From positions 89,530,001 through 89,594,000 of the forward strand of contig NC_087436.1 in assembly GCF_036321535.1 (NCBI RefSeq): 64,000 nt of DNA, in the 5' to 3' direction. Numbering within the stretch: position 1 is the stretch's first letter; each line of letters begins with the position of its first letter. Shown in pieces: positions 12,150 to 23,739 of the stretch. Below the pieces are notes generated by a model. The model was not told the DNA's origin. It was given only the letters and a program-made list of their open reading frames with translations, and ran no database searches. The translations under genes and the position numbers were made by a program. Origin of the DNA: Camelus dromedarius (lineage: Eukaryota).

Positions 12150-12810
12150 TTGACTTGTTTAATGTTTGTGGAATCCAGTTCTTTTTATCCCCAAATCCTC
12201 TGATACTGTTTTGGGTTAAGCCTTCATATTTTTTATTTGAACAATTGAAATACTCCTTTAACTGAATTCCCTCTCTCCAGTGTTACCTGTCTCCAATAAA
12301 CTGTCCTCGGTAGCACCCAAATAATTTTCCTAAAACATAGAACTAATACCAGCTTAAAATTATTCATTGTCTCATTGTTCAGAAAGACCCTTTGCTTTTT
12401 CTTACCTCTCTTCTAGTTTGTCTCACTTCCATTGTCCTCACCCTTTGAATTCTGTGCTTTGCACCACTTGAAAAAATGACAAATCTCAGAATGCTTTGTA
12501 CATTCTTTGCCTTCCTGTGCCTTCATGCACTGATGCTCTATGCCAGTAACCCTGTTCTGCACTTCATCTGGTGAGCTCCACTTTCTCCTTCTGTGACACT
12601 CCTTCCCTGACAGAACTCTCCCTCCACAAGCACACACCAGTCTGAGTTAAGAGCTTCTTCAGTGGACTACCACAAGATCCTGTGCTCACTTCCGTTGTTG
12701 CAAAGATTAGATTAAGGTGGGCAGCTCGCAGGCGAGTAGTATGTTGTAGTACTCAGTGTATCACAGAGCCAGATATATAGAAAGTGCTCAAGAAAACTTT
12801 CTTGATGAAG
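12150..12810 (+). mobile_element. L2 LINE 3' portion
   Basis: 'taattttcctaaaacataga', 'gcttaaaattattcattgtctc', terminal 'gtgctcaagaaaactttcttgatgaa'. Confidence 0.65.
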
Positions 12811-13079
12811 CCCATAAAGGGACTTAATGAAAAATAGAAAGATTTTGTGTTAAGATTCCCATGAAGCCCATGCCTCAGTCAGGCTTTAAGGCTTATAGAC
12901 CAAAATGTCTGACTCCTGTCAGCCAGTACTGGGCAAGATGGTGAAGCAGCCATCAGTTGATGTCATTTGCTCTCTTTCACTTACACTGACATTTTCATTT
13001 AAATTGACTCTTTCTCAGCACTCCTCAGTACCCCTCTGTGACAGAAATTTCTTGTGGCTTATTCAATATTCATTCTTAT

Positions 13080-13503
13080 CTTCCTACTTGTGGAGTCAAG
13101 TAAAAGAAAAAACCCCACAAGCCCCCCGTTTTCTCATCCTTCGTGTTGCTATGGGAGACAATAGGCCATAATTCTGTCCAATGAAATATAAACAGAAATC
13201 TGATGGAATTTCTGGGAAAAGTCGGCTTTCTTGATAAAGATGTTGTCTTACCTTCCTTCTTGCCCTTTCTTTCCTCCTCATTCCTGGGAGGTACACATGA
13301 TGGCTGGAACTGGAGCAGCCACCTTGAAAGGCCTCGAATATTGCTGAGATGTTAGCCATGACATCCTTGAACTTTCAAATCAATATCAGGAATTTCCTTA
13401 CCTGGGACTTCTCATTATATAAGAAAAATTCACCATATTGTGCTCAAACCACTGTTATTTGAGCTTTCGATTGTATCAACTGACTCAGTTTCCTAACTGA
13501 TAC
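13080..13503 (+). mobile_element. MaLR LTR (MLT1J-like)
   Basis: 'ttctgtccaatgaaatataaacagaaatc...ttctgggaaaag', 'atgatggctggaactggagcagccaccttg', terminal 'tcctaactgatac'. Confidence 0.75.
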
Positions 13504-16287
13504 TTCTTAGAGTTGAAATAGATGCATTAGAAATCAGTGGTGTAAATTTGTCACCTCTCCACCTATATTTTGTATCTGTTAACTCAACACCTATATATTT
13601 AGACCTACTGTCATCAAGTATGACCATAGACACTAAAATATAAGGACTAGAACACTATTCCTATGCAAATGGCTTACAGTCTCCTGGGGACACAGAAACA
13701 TAAAATTAACTTTTATATTATATATTTACTATAATTAATTATGGCAATACAATGTTAGATAGAATGTATAATATGGTAAACACCACAGTAGTATGTGTAG
13801 AAAAGCCTAAGGGTAAACAGAAGAGAGTATTTACAATTTGATCAAGCTCACCTAAAAATATTACAATTTCTGAAATCAGAAATGAATCTCTCATCTGAGA
13901 TTTCGGGCACCCTGGATAGAAATTAATCCTGTGCCTTTTCAGTGACAGTGTAGGTGGTTACTTACCTTTATGTGTCGGCCTTCTGCCTCTTACTAATAAT
14001 TAAACTGAGCAAGTCTAGGCGACCAGAGAGAAAATCCATACTTTGAACTGCCGACAGGCTATCTTTGGAAAGTGGAGGAGGAGGGGCAAGAAATGACACA
14101 AGAAGTTGCCAAGGATTCTGTTGACATGGAAGAGTAAGCCAAGCACTGTGACAAGGATGGCAGTAAACAAGAACCGAAAGCACGGTGGTTGAAAGGCAAG
14201 AGTTAGTTAATGGAGAGAGACATCAAAACATCAGGCAGCTGACAGCCCGGAACAAATGCACGATGAGGGAGGGCTGGGGAATGAGCCTCCTCAGGAGAGC
14301 ACAGAAATAGGCTGCTCCACTCCGGGCTCTCGGCGGGGTCTGTGAGGAAAGCCAGACGCAGATCCTAAGAAAGATACTATTTATTAAAACACAGAGACTC
14401 AAACGAGTTAAAATGAGAAAATGGTCTCAAAATAAAGCCAAAAATTTTTAATCAGTCGATGTTTTGAGAAGTACCAAACCCTCAAAGAACATGATTCAAG
14501 AAGAGGGTCCGGGGACATCGGCACTGATTTCAGTGCTTGATCTTGAGGTGATTTTGAGGGTACAGATTTTGAAATGAAAAAATAAAAATAAAAAGCTCAG
14601 GAAAGGCAAAATCAATGTGGAATAAAATTTCCGGGATTGGGCCAAATGCCATTCAGAATTCTCAAGTCTTGGGATAAGCGAACAGAAGGAAATTGGAGCA
14701 CATTACTATTTCTTCTAACTGTGGCACAGGGTTTTCCCAGAAGATGAATGAGAGGAAAGCTGCCAGTGATCCAGGTTTGAATAATAAGGACTGGCCATCT
14801 CCAGTCTACCACACACTTGAGAGAAGCTATGAATACCAATAAGGCTTCGAGGCATGTTTGTGCGATCGCAGAATACTCCATACTTTCACTCTGCTCAGGA
14901 TTAATGGACCAAGTTATACTTTGCTGCATGACCACCAGGGTCCGATAGAAAATTATAGGTACTCTCCTGTGGCACAAGTCCAGTCTTCCTGAAAGAACAG
15001 AGAACAGCCAACATGGATAAAAGGGGTTTTGGCTGCTAGGACCGTATGCTATCTGAACTCTTCATCTTTGAGGGACGCTGTTTACCGCATGTAATGAAAT
15101 TTGACATTTTCTAAAAAAAGTTTACATTTTTTACATTTTCATATCCAATATATTAGTTCACTTATAAAATTACAAGTTATCTAAATTATTTCTAATGTAA
15201 GACATGTTGGTAGTTGGTTCATGATTTTTTTTTTTTTAATTTTTAAGTGCTGCCTCTGAAGAAGCATGATTATTTTGTCTGATGTCAAATGCCATAGAGT
15301 AGAGATGTGACCTAAATGACTTTTAACTTTCCTTCATAGTTTAATGTTGATCTAGAATATGTAAGTTCACTTACATTTTTCTGGAAACTATTTTGCCTTT
15401 AGTTGGCAGGTTGCTTTGCTTGATCTGTGCGACAGCAATGTACTTTCAAAGAGTATACTGTTTTCTAGATTTACCTCCTAGGCATCTAGAATTCAGTAAA
15501 TACCCACGTTCACCTTATCCATGTCTCCTTTGTTTACAACAATTTCAGTTATTTCAACCTCAGTCTTTCAGAATGAGGAGTTCTGACCTTTTGTATCTTT
15601 ACATTTATAAATCTGTTCTGTGCTCTGTTATTATTATTGTCCTTCTCCAAACCCTACCTTGCTGTCTGGTATTTCTGAGATGTGGCAACAAACAGCATGA
15701 GGCAGTATAGGAACACATAAAACAGAATGTTACAAAAACTTTTGTGGATATTTAATCATCATTACTTTTCTAAGAACACTATCTCATCCTGTTGATGAAA
15801 CTTATTCCCAAAAGTATATATTCTGATTTTTATAAACAAATATATGATTGTAGTGAGCCATTAATGTTTAACGAATATGACTTGAAGATTGAATTAGATT
15901 TCCAAGAGAGATTGAAGGCATATAATAATCAAGAATTAGTTATGAATTTGCAAATGAGTTTGATATAAAGTGGTATTTTTTTAACTTCCCAATATCTTTT
16001 TTAGATTATTTATATAGGAAGATTCCTCTTTTTTTGCTGACAATAGTTCTCATCTATAGAAAACCCAAGTTAATTATTTTCATTACTTTCTATTTATGCT
16101 TGTACGTTTGGGTTGGATCTCACTTTTATGTTGCACGGGCTCCCCCAGGTGAGTCTGATGCATACCAATATATGAGAACATACGAAAATATCCAGTTAAA
16201 TTATGAAGGGTGACAATTTTTTAAATGTGAAGATATTTAGAAATATGGTTATGTTAACTTCAAATTAAATATAATTTCAAAGTATGT

Positions 16288-16672
16288 ATTGTGGACTGAA
16301 TGTTTATGTTTATCTAAAATTCATTTGTTGAAACCCTAACTTCTAATGTGATGGTATTAGGAGGTGGGGCCTTTGGGAAGTAACTAAGTTTAAATGAGAC
16401 CATGAGAGTGGAGCCTGCATAACGGGAATAGTAGTAGAGGTATAAGAATTATCAACGTAATTAGTATAAGAAGCGGAAGAGGTTAGAGCCCTATGTGAGG
16501 ACACAGCAAGCTAGGACACACTGCAAATCTAGAATTGAGCTCTCACTAGGAACCAAATTTGCGGGCACTTTGATCTTTGACTTTGCAGCCTCCAGAACTG
16601 TGAGAAATTTTGTTAAGCAACTCAGTCTATGGGTTTTTTTTTTTGTTATAGTGGCCTGAACAGATTAATACA
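16288..16672 (+). mobile_element. MaLR solo LTR (MLT1A-like)
   Basis: 'tgtggactgaatgtttatgtt...aaattcatttgttgaaaccctaac...gcctccagaactgtgagaaa...gattaataca'. Confidence 0.9.
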
Positions 16673-17957
16673 ATATGAATTGGAAGCCAAGAACAATTTG
16701 AAAAATTTCAACTCTTTTTCTAACTAACTAAGGTTGCTGCTAAACTCACACTGCCTTCAAGTGTCAGTAAAGAATGGTTACCAAATGACCAATAGTGGGC
16801 ATTATTGAAAAGATGATCTGTTAAAAAATAGAATGTTTGGAAAATGTTGTGCAGATATTTTCTATAACTAATTTGCAATATGGAAAAACTTGGCTAAATA
16901 GAATGCCTCGAGAGCAATATTCTTATTTAGTTGGATCTTTGATAAAAGTAGAGCTGAATGTCCTTTGTGACCCAGTTGTTGAAAGTTTTCTTCATCATTA
17001 GTAAAATGCTATCCTTATCTTCTTTCCCTTAATGTCATCATAAGTGAATCTTTTTTTTTTTTTTTTTTTTTGCATTTGGAAACTTCTACTCTGCAGCATA
17101 TTTCTCATTCTATAGTACTATTGAGGGATAAAGATGAAGAAACTATAGACATTTGTTGGTAATGGAACTCTAATATTAACTTTGTGTCATTGGCCACTTT
17201 ATGTTACTAATGGAATACAGAAAATTCTAGACAACTCAAATTTCCAGTTAATGCTTTTGTTGAAAAAAGACTGTTTCAAATCTTAGCTGTTAAAGGTATT
17301 TTTCAATAGCTGAATTTACGATGAAGAGATTGACACTTTCATCATAATAGCCATTAATCTGGAGAAAGAATTTTGTAAAAGAGGATTTAAGACATTGATG
17401 TATCTAAAATAAAGTACTTACAGCTTTATCTTGAATTTGCACACTACTTTTTGAAATTTGTGTAGGTCTAAATAGAGCTCTATCTATAGTTTATGTTCTA
17501 TATGTACCACTATGCATTACCAAGTATTCTGTGCTGGGCATTGAGTTACATGCATACACACACATATATATGTAAAATCTCATTGCTGTATATTTTATAT
17601 AATCTAATTTCTGTGACAGCCTAGGAAAATTCATGCATTTGTGAAATTAACATAAATTTGTGTGCTTATGGGCATATGGGTGTGAACATTCAGAGTAGCA
17701 GCAAATGAAATTATTATATTATCAAGTGGAATGTATTTTTGTTGTTGTTAGTTAAGCGTGTTCTAAAACTTGAGGAAATAAAATTAAAACTTATTTGGAC
17801 TCAGAAATGAAGTGCTTCAGATACAAACTATCAGAACCATTCTATGATGCTTAGAATCAGGTAGAAAAGAAGCAAATTCATCAACTAATTTAGTACAAAT
17901 TATCTTTAAAAGAGCAGTCAGAAGTTATAAACCACTTTCCATTCCCTCATTTTAAAA

Positions 17958-18385
17958 CATTTTTTACTGGGTAAAATATATAACAGAAAATTTTCCATTT
18001 TTAAGTGTACAATTCAGTGGTTTTAATTACATTCACACCATTGTACAACCATCACCACTATTTCCAAATTTTTTCTTTGCTCCATAGAGAAACTCTGAAC
18101 CCATTAAGTCATAACTCCTTGTTCTCCCCAGACCCTGCTGATCTCTAATCTGCTTTTTGTCTCTATAAATTTGCCTATTCTAGATATTTTATATAAGTAA
18201 AATCGTACAGTATTTGTCTTTTTATGTCATCTTATTTCACTTAGCATACCATTTTCAAGGTTCATCAGTGTGGTAGCATGATCAGAACTTCCATCTTCTT
18301 ATGGCTAAATAGTATTACATTGTATGTGTGTACTGCATTGTGTTTATCCATTCACTGTTGATGAACACTTTGTTTCCACTTATTA
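17958..18385 (-). mobile_element. L1 (L1MB-like) 3' UTR
   Basis: 'ttttaagtgtacaattcagtgg...ttgtacaaccatcaccacta...ttgcctattctagatatttt...tcaaggttcatc'. Confidence 0.9.
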
Positions 18386-18959
18386 TTATTTTAAAATTAT
18401 CTATAGTTTTTAAACTAAGACCTTTTCATTGAAGTAAGTCTCAGAGACTTTTAAAGGTCTTTAGATACTCTTCCTTTTGGAAACCCAGACCTGCGCTGAA
18501 GCCAACATGTTAAAATGAACTTACATTGCAGTTAAATGTTGCTATACATAAATATGAAGTGATTTAAATTTTTGTTTAATTGATATACAAAATTGTATAC
18601 ACATTTATGTAAAATGAATTTAATTATGCAGTTTTCATGCTTAAGTTAGTCAATATATTTATTTTTTTCAGACCTCACACATTTTCAGAGGCTCTTGAAA
18701 AAGCTTATGGCCTAAGATACAAGTGGACTTAACATTACCTAAGGTGCTTAAGGGCTGGTTTAGTAACTGAGTTTTCTTTACGAAGCTGTAACCTGTGCAG
18801 TCAGTTTTTCTTTTCGCTAATGAAAGCCATTTTTTTCACTTCTAAATCACTAAGAGAACTAGGCATGCTTACTGTCTCAAAATGCAACCATCAGACCATT
18901 CTTCCATAACCATTCTCCAATGGTCTGCCGTCTTAGTGTGAGTGTATTGTTGTATCTTA

Positions 18960-20600
18960 AAACAGTTATTGCATTTTTTTCTGATTTTGAAAACAATCCA
19001 TTTTCATCATAGACACACTAGAACATTTGGTTTGCTAACTTTGATACTATAAAACAATGTGGCAACAAATAGCCTTTTATGTCTGTGTGCAAGTATACCT
19101 GAAAGGTAAAAAAAAATGTGCATTTGTAATTTTGATAGATGCTTCCAAAGTTTCCTTTAAGTTATACTGTCATACACATTCCCACCAGCGGTATGTGAGA
19201 ACGCCCATTTCCTTACACCGCCATCCTCATCCACACAATGTGTTATCAATTTTTTGTCTTTACTAACCTATCAGGAAAAAACGATGTTCTCAATATACTT
19301 ATGAGTTTTATTTCTTTTATTAGGATTGAAAATTTTTTCGTGTTTAAGAACCATTCATATTTTCATTTTTATGAACTACCAGTTTATATACTTGCAAATT
19401 TCTTTTAAGGGATTTTTCTCAAAGGAGTTGAAGACTTGACATACTGCCTGTGATACCAGTTGCCATTATTTTTCTCAATTTGTTTGTCTTTTGATATTAT
19501 TCCTGTAGGATTTTACCATTCATGATTTTTTAAGTGAGGTCATGTTTTTTTACCTGTTTGTTTTTGGTGAACAGAATGGCTTCTAGGTGAGATTATTTAA
19601 AAATTTTCTCATGGTTTCTTTTAGTGATTTTATGAATGTTCATTTCATGTACTTAAAATATTTGATTTATTGAGAATTTATCCTGTTGGACTGATGAGGC
19701 AAAGTGCTAATCAATGTGAAGAAGAGAAAGGTTGGTTGAATAATTAGAGTAAAATACTTGTGACAGAAAGATGATCAAGGCAATAAATTGGTAACCTAGT
19801 TGTCCTAACATCTTTTATTGAAAAATCCATCTTTTTTACACAAATTTGCAATACCACTTTTATCATATATGCAACTTCTAAATGTGTTGTGTATTTTCAG
19901 AGTTTTTTATACCATTGACATTTTGTATTCATGCTTAAGCACTACACTGATTTAGTTACTGTAGCTGAAATAAATGTTTTAACATTTGAGAGAGCCATTG
20001 CACCCGTATTTCTCTTCTTGTCTTTTTTATTTCATTTTATTTTATTTTGTTTTATTTTATTTTATTGAGTTACAGTCAGTTTACAATGTTGTGTCAATTT
20101 CCAGTGTAGAATACAATTTTTCAGTTATACATGAACACACATATATTCATTGTTGCATACTTTTTCACCGTGAGCTACCATAAGATCTTGTATATATTTC
20201 CCTGTGCTATGCAGTATAATCTTGTTTATCTGTTCTGTATATACCTGTCAGTTTCTACAAATTTCGAACTCCTCTAGCCTTTTAAAATAAATTTCCAAGC
20301 TTTTTGTGTTTGTTTTACCATCTAAGCCCTAGAATCAGCATATATAATTCTACAAAATAAACCAAAATAAAACAAAATCTATTGACATTTTACATTTGGG
20401 ATTGTATCACATTAAAGATTGATTTTGGAAGAATTGTCATCTTTATGATGTTGAATGTTTCCATCCAAGAATATGTGTATCTTTTCATATTTTATTTTTT
20501 ATCTTTCAATAATTTAAATATTTTCTTCATAAAGAAGTCATATTTTTGTGAGGATTTTGTTGTTGTCCATTTGATTTCCTTTTTCTAGATTTCTTAAACA
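18960..20600 (-). mobile_element. Old L1 (L1ME-like) fragments, 3' UTR into ORF2
   Basis: 'cattcccaccagcggtatgtgaga', 'ttattgaaaaatccatcttt', 'ttttggaagaattgtcatctttatgatgttgaat'. Confidence 0.75.
20027..20268 (-). mobile_element. Younger 5'-truncated L1 3' end (camelid-type) with (TTTTA)n tail and degenerate 15-bp target-site duplication
   Basis: 'ttattgagttacagtcagtttacaatgttgtgtcaatttccagtgtag...gtgagctaccataagatcttgtatatatttccctgtgc'; flanks ctcttcttgtctttt (20012-20026) and ctcctctagcctttt (20269-20283). Confidence 0.88.
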
Positions 20601-21189
20601 TCATACTCCAGTAATTCTCCCAACTCTTTTCTTCTTAACCTTCTCTGTGACCTTGCTTGTCAATCCTACAGTTTTTAGCTACGTATTTATACTCTTCTTT
20701 TGAATTGGATTTTTAATCTTCAAATTTGAAATATTTTCATAGAATTCCAGTTTGCCAGTTGAACAGCATTCTTTGTAACCCATCATATACTTCAGCATTC
20801 AGCATTCTGGTACATGAACCTTTCTTCTTAAATTACTGTTACCTATAAACATTAATATCTACATGGATTGAACTTTCTTACAGTTCACTTATTCTTTCAT
20901 CCCTTTTCATATAGTTTTTGCTCTCAAAGTGATTAAATTCACACGATTAGAAAGTGATATAGTAGTCTCATAGTCATCAGTTCCCATAGTTTTTCTCTCT
21001 GTTCATCTTCCTTGCCCCACTCTTTGGATTTAATACAGTTTATTGTCTCTTTTTTCTTCAGACCCTTCCATTAGATTTTGTGATACTGAGCCTTTTAATC
21101 GTACTTCTCATTCTGAAACTTAGTTCAAAAAAGTATGTGATCTTTAGGAGTCTGGTTTTTGACTCCATTCTTTCTGTACTTTCTCCTTT

Positions 21190-21450
21190 GGAGTGTCATC
21201 ATTTCTGATGAACTCTACTCTAGTTTAAGAATATGCCTTCCATTACCTAGAGAAACAGTGGAAGCCATATATTAAAGATGATAGATATTTTTCAGCCAGA
21301 GTACTTAAATATCTGTGGGGCAGACTCCCTCCCCTCTCCTACTCTCTTACTAGGCTTTACACAAAGAGGAAATAAACATTTATGTTGTTAAGCCACTTAG
21401 ATGTCAAGGTTTTTCTGTTATAGCATCTAGCATTACCTTAAGTAATCCAA
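21190..21450 (+). mobile_element. MaLR LTR fragment (MLT1-like)
   Basis: 3' end 'gaaataaacatttatgttgttaagccactt...gttatagcatctagcattaccttaagtaatcca'. Confidence 0.6.
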
Positions 21451-21544
21451 CTGTTACTTGAACATTTCCTGTTAAAGATATCTTAGACATTTAAAACCAA
21501 GTCCGGAATACATTTTTTTTTTTAATTTTTGGCTAAACATAATG

Positions 21545-22423
21545 TCTGGAAAGGAAAGTCTTTTATTTCCTCACTACTCTGTTACTGCTCTGGCTTTCAA
21601 ATGTTTGGGGTTTTTCCCCCCACACTAACCAGTTTTCCAACATCAACTTGTCAGATGTTGATGAAATTCAATTCAATTCTGACACTAACCAAAGTCAGTA
21701 CAGACCCCGCAGGTTAAGGGCTCTGTTCCCAGGACTGCCCCCCACATCAGAAGCCAGTTGCAAGTAGGTATCCAGGTCACCCACAACTTCTGTCCAACTT
21801 GACTACAAATTAAAGGTTCCCATGGCACCCTCCTCATGTTCAGTAATTTACTTAGAGTGGTTGATAGAACCCAGGAAAATAGTTTACTTATTGTTCTCAA
21901 TTTATTATAAAGGATATTTTAAAGAATGCAAATGAACAGCCAGATGAAAGGATGCACAGGGCAAGCCTCAAAGGTTCCCAGGTGCAGGAGCTTCTGTCTC
22001 CTGGAGTTGGGGTATGACATCCTCCTGCCATGTATATGTGTTCACCAACCTGGAAGCTTTCTCAACCCTGTACTTTTGGGATTTTTATGGAGCCTTTATC
22101 ATGCGGGTAGGATCAATTATTAACTCAACTTTCTGGCCCCTGTCTCCTCTCTGGAAAATGGAGGGGTGGGGTTGAAAGTTCCAGGCTTCTAGTCATGACT
22201 TGCTCTTTCTAGGGCCCCATTCAGGAGCCCGTAGAGAGTCACCTCATTAGAACAAAAGGAGTTTCTGTCGCCCTGGAAATTCTAAGGGGATCTGTGTTAT
22301 ATTCTCCAATCACTCAGGGAACTAATACGAGTTTTAGAAGTTCTGTATTAGAAACTGAGGTAAAAGACCAAATATTAGCAGGAACTAGGGGCAGAGACCA
22401 ATATATATATATATTTTTTCACA
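21545..22423 (-). mobile_element. MER21-family LTR (MER21B-like)
   Basis: 'caattcaattctgacactaacc', 'ggttaagggctctgttcccaggactgccccccacatcaga', 'tttattataaaggata', end 'ggggcagagaccaatatatat...ttcaca'. Confidence 0.88.
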
Positions 22424-22429
22424 CCCCAT

Positions 22430-23150
22430 CTTCTACATTTTCCTTCTTCCCACTAATGAATTAAGTGTACCACCAGTCACTTAGACTAAAATAAAAACTA
22501 TTTTAACTTATTAATTTAATCTCCTTCACCCAATTGCTTTTCATTTCTTAGAAGATTTTTTCTATATGCATTGTTCCTCTTCTATTTGCATAGCATCTCC
22601 CCTATTTCAAGCTCTCCTTATCTCTTGATAACTTTGAGATAAGTTGTTATAGCTTTCTAACCAAACTCCCCATTTCATTTGATTTCATTTCTTCTCTAAG
22701 CTCATCCCATGTAACTGATTAATATTCCTAAGTTGTTTCTGATACGCCGTTACCTTTTATCCAAATTGTATGTAATAAAAATTCAAATTCTTTATTTATG
22801 ATCTGCCTTTCAACTTAATTTTGCTATCTTATTTCATATGGTTCCCCACATGGTACAGTGTATTGTGTGAACTGAAATACTTGCAGTTCCTTTATATACT
22901 CTTTAGATTCCTACCTCCTTTTGTTCTCTTTATTTGGAATATCTTGCTCCTCCATCTTAGAATATCTGAATTTCCCTTACTTCAAGTTCCAACTTAAATG
23001 TTGTTTGTTCCTTCGTATCCCCTTCTTTAATAATTTGTTTATCCTCTAAAGGAAAGGGTGTCATTTATGATGCATTGCTTTTCTTACAGTTATTCTTATA
23101 TGTCTTATCTCCTCCACTGGAGAAAGAGCTTCAGAATGACACACTTTCAT
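22430..23150 (+). mobile_element. L2 LINE fragment (continues L2 pieces at ~20600-21520)
   Basis: 'taataaaaattcaaattcttta', 'aactgaaatacttgcagttcct', 'ttcaagttccaacttaaatg'. Confidence 0.6.
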
Positions 23151-23739
23151 AAAGCTATTATCAACAGAATTTTACGTGAAAAAAAATTGCACTTGGAAAT
23201 AAAGGTACTAACAATTCTTGCAAAAGAATAAAAGTGGGTGCAAACTGAGATAGAAAGTAGATCTCCAAGAGATTTGTAGATTATTCTTAGACGATGTAAG
23301 ATACCCTTACTCCACCGTCAACAACTGATTGTTATGAAATGAGAAATATAATTACTTCATAATGTTCATCTAAACTGAATTATGCTTCTTGACATATTTT
23401 CTCATTTTAAAACAAGATGAGTCTTGGCAGTATGTCACATACCATGAAAAATGAAAATATCCTCTTTAGAGGGGAAAAAGTATTGATGAAATGATCCTTT
23501 GACGTTCCCCCTAAGAATGCTGTATCCATTTTGATATGAAGAAAGACAGTAATCCGAAGCACATGCTTAGAATACTGTTGTTGTCTTCATAGTTTAGACT
23601 ATCACTTGAGAAAAGAGTAATAACTCAGATACAAGGATATGGACCCAACATTACAACAGTGTTGAGAAGCGTGAATGAAATACATTTTTTTTCCTTTATG
23701 TGAAGAGAATTAATTATACTTCTCTGATGTCAATCTGTG

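Noticed and set aside
14570..14740. By-eye resemblance of 'FRILKSWDKRTEGN' and 'atgaaaaaa' to a rhabdovirus matrix protein and gene junction
   Set aside because: Only a few residues match and the surrounding frame has stops; indistinguishable from chance without an HMM search
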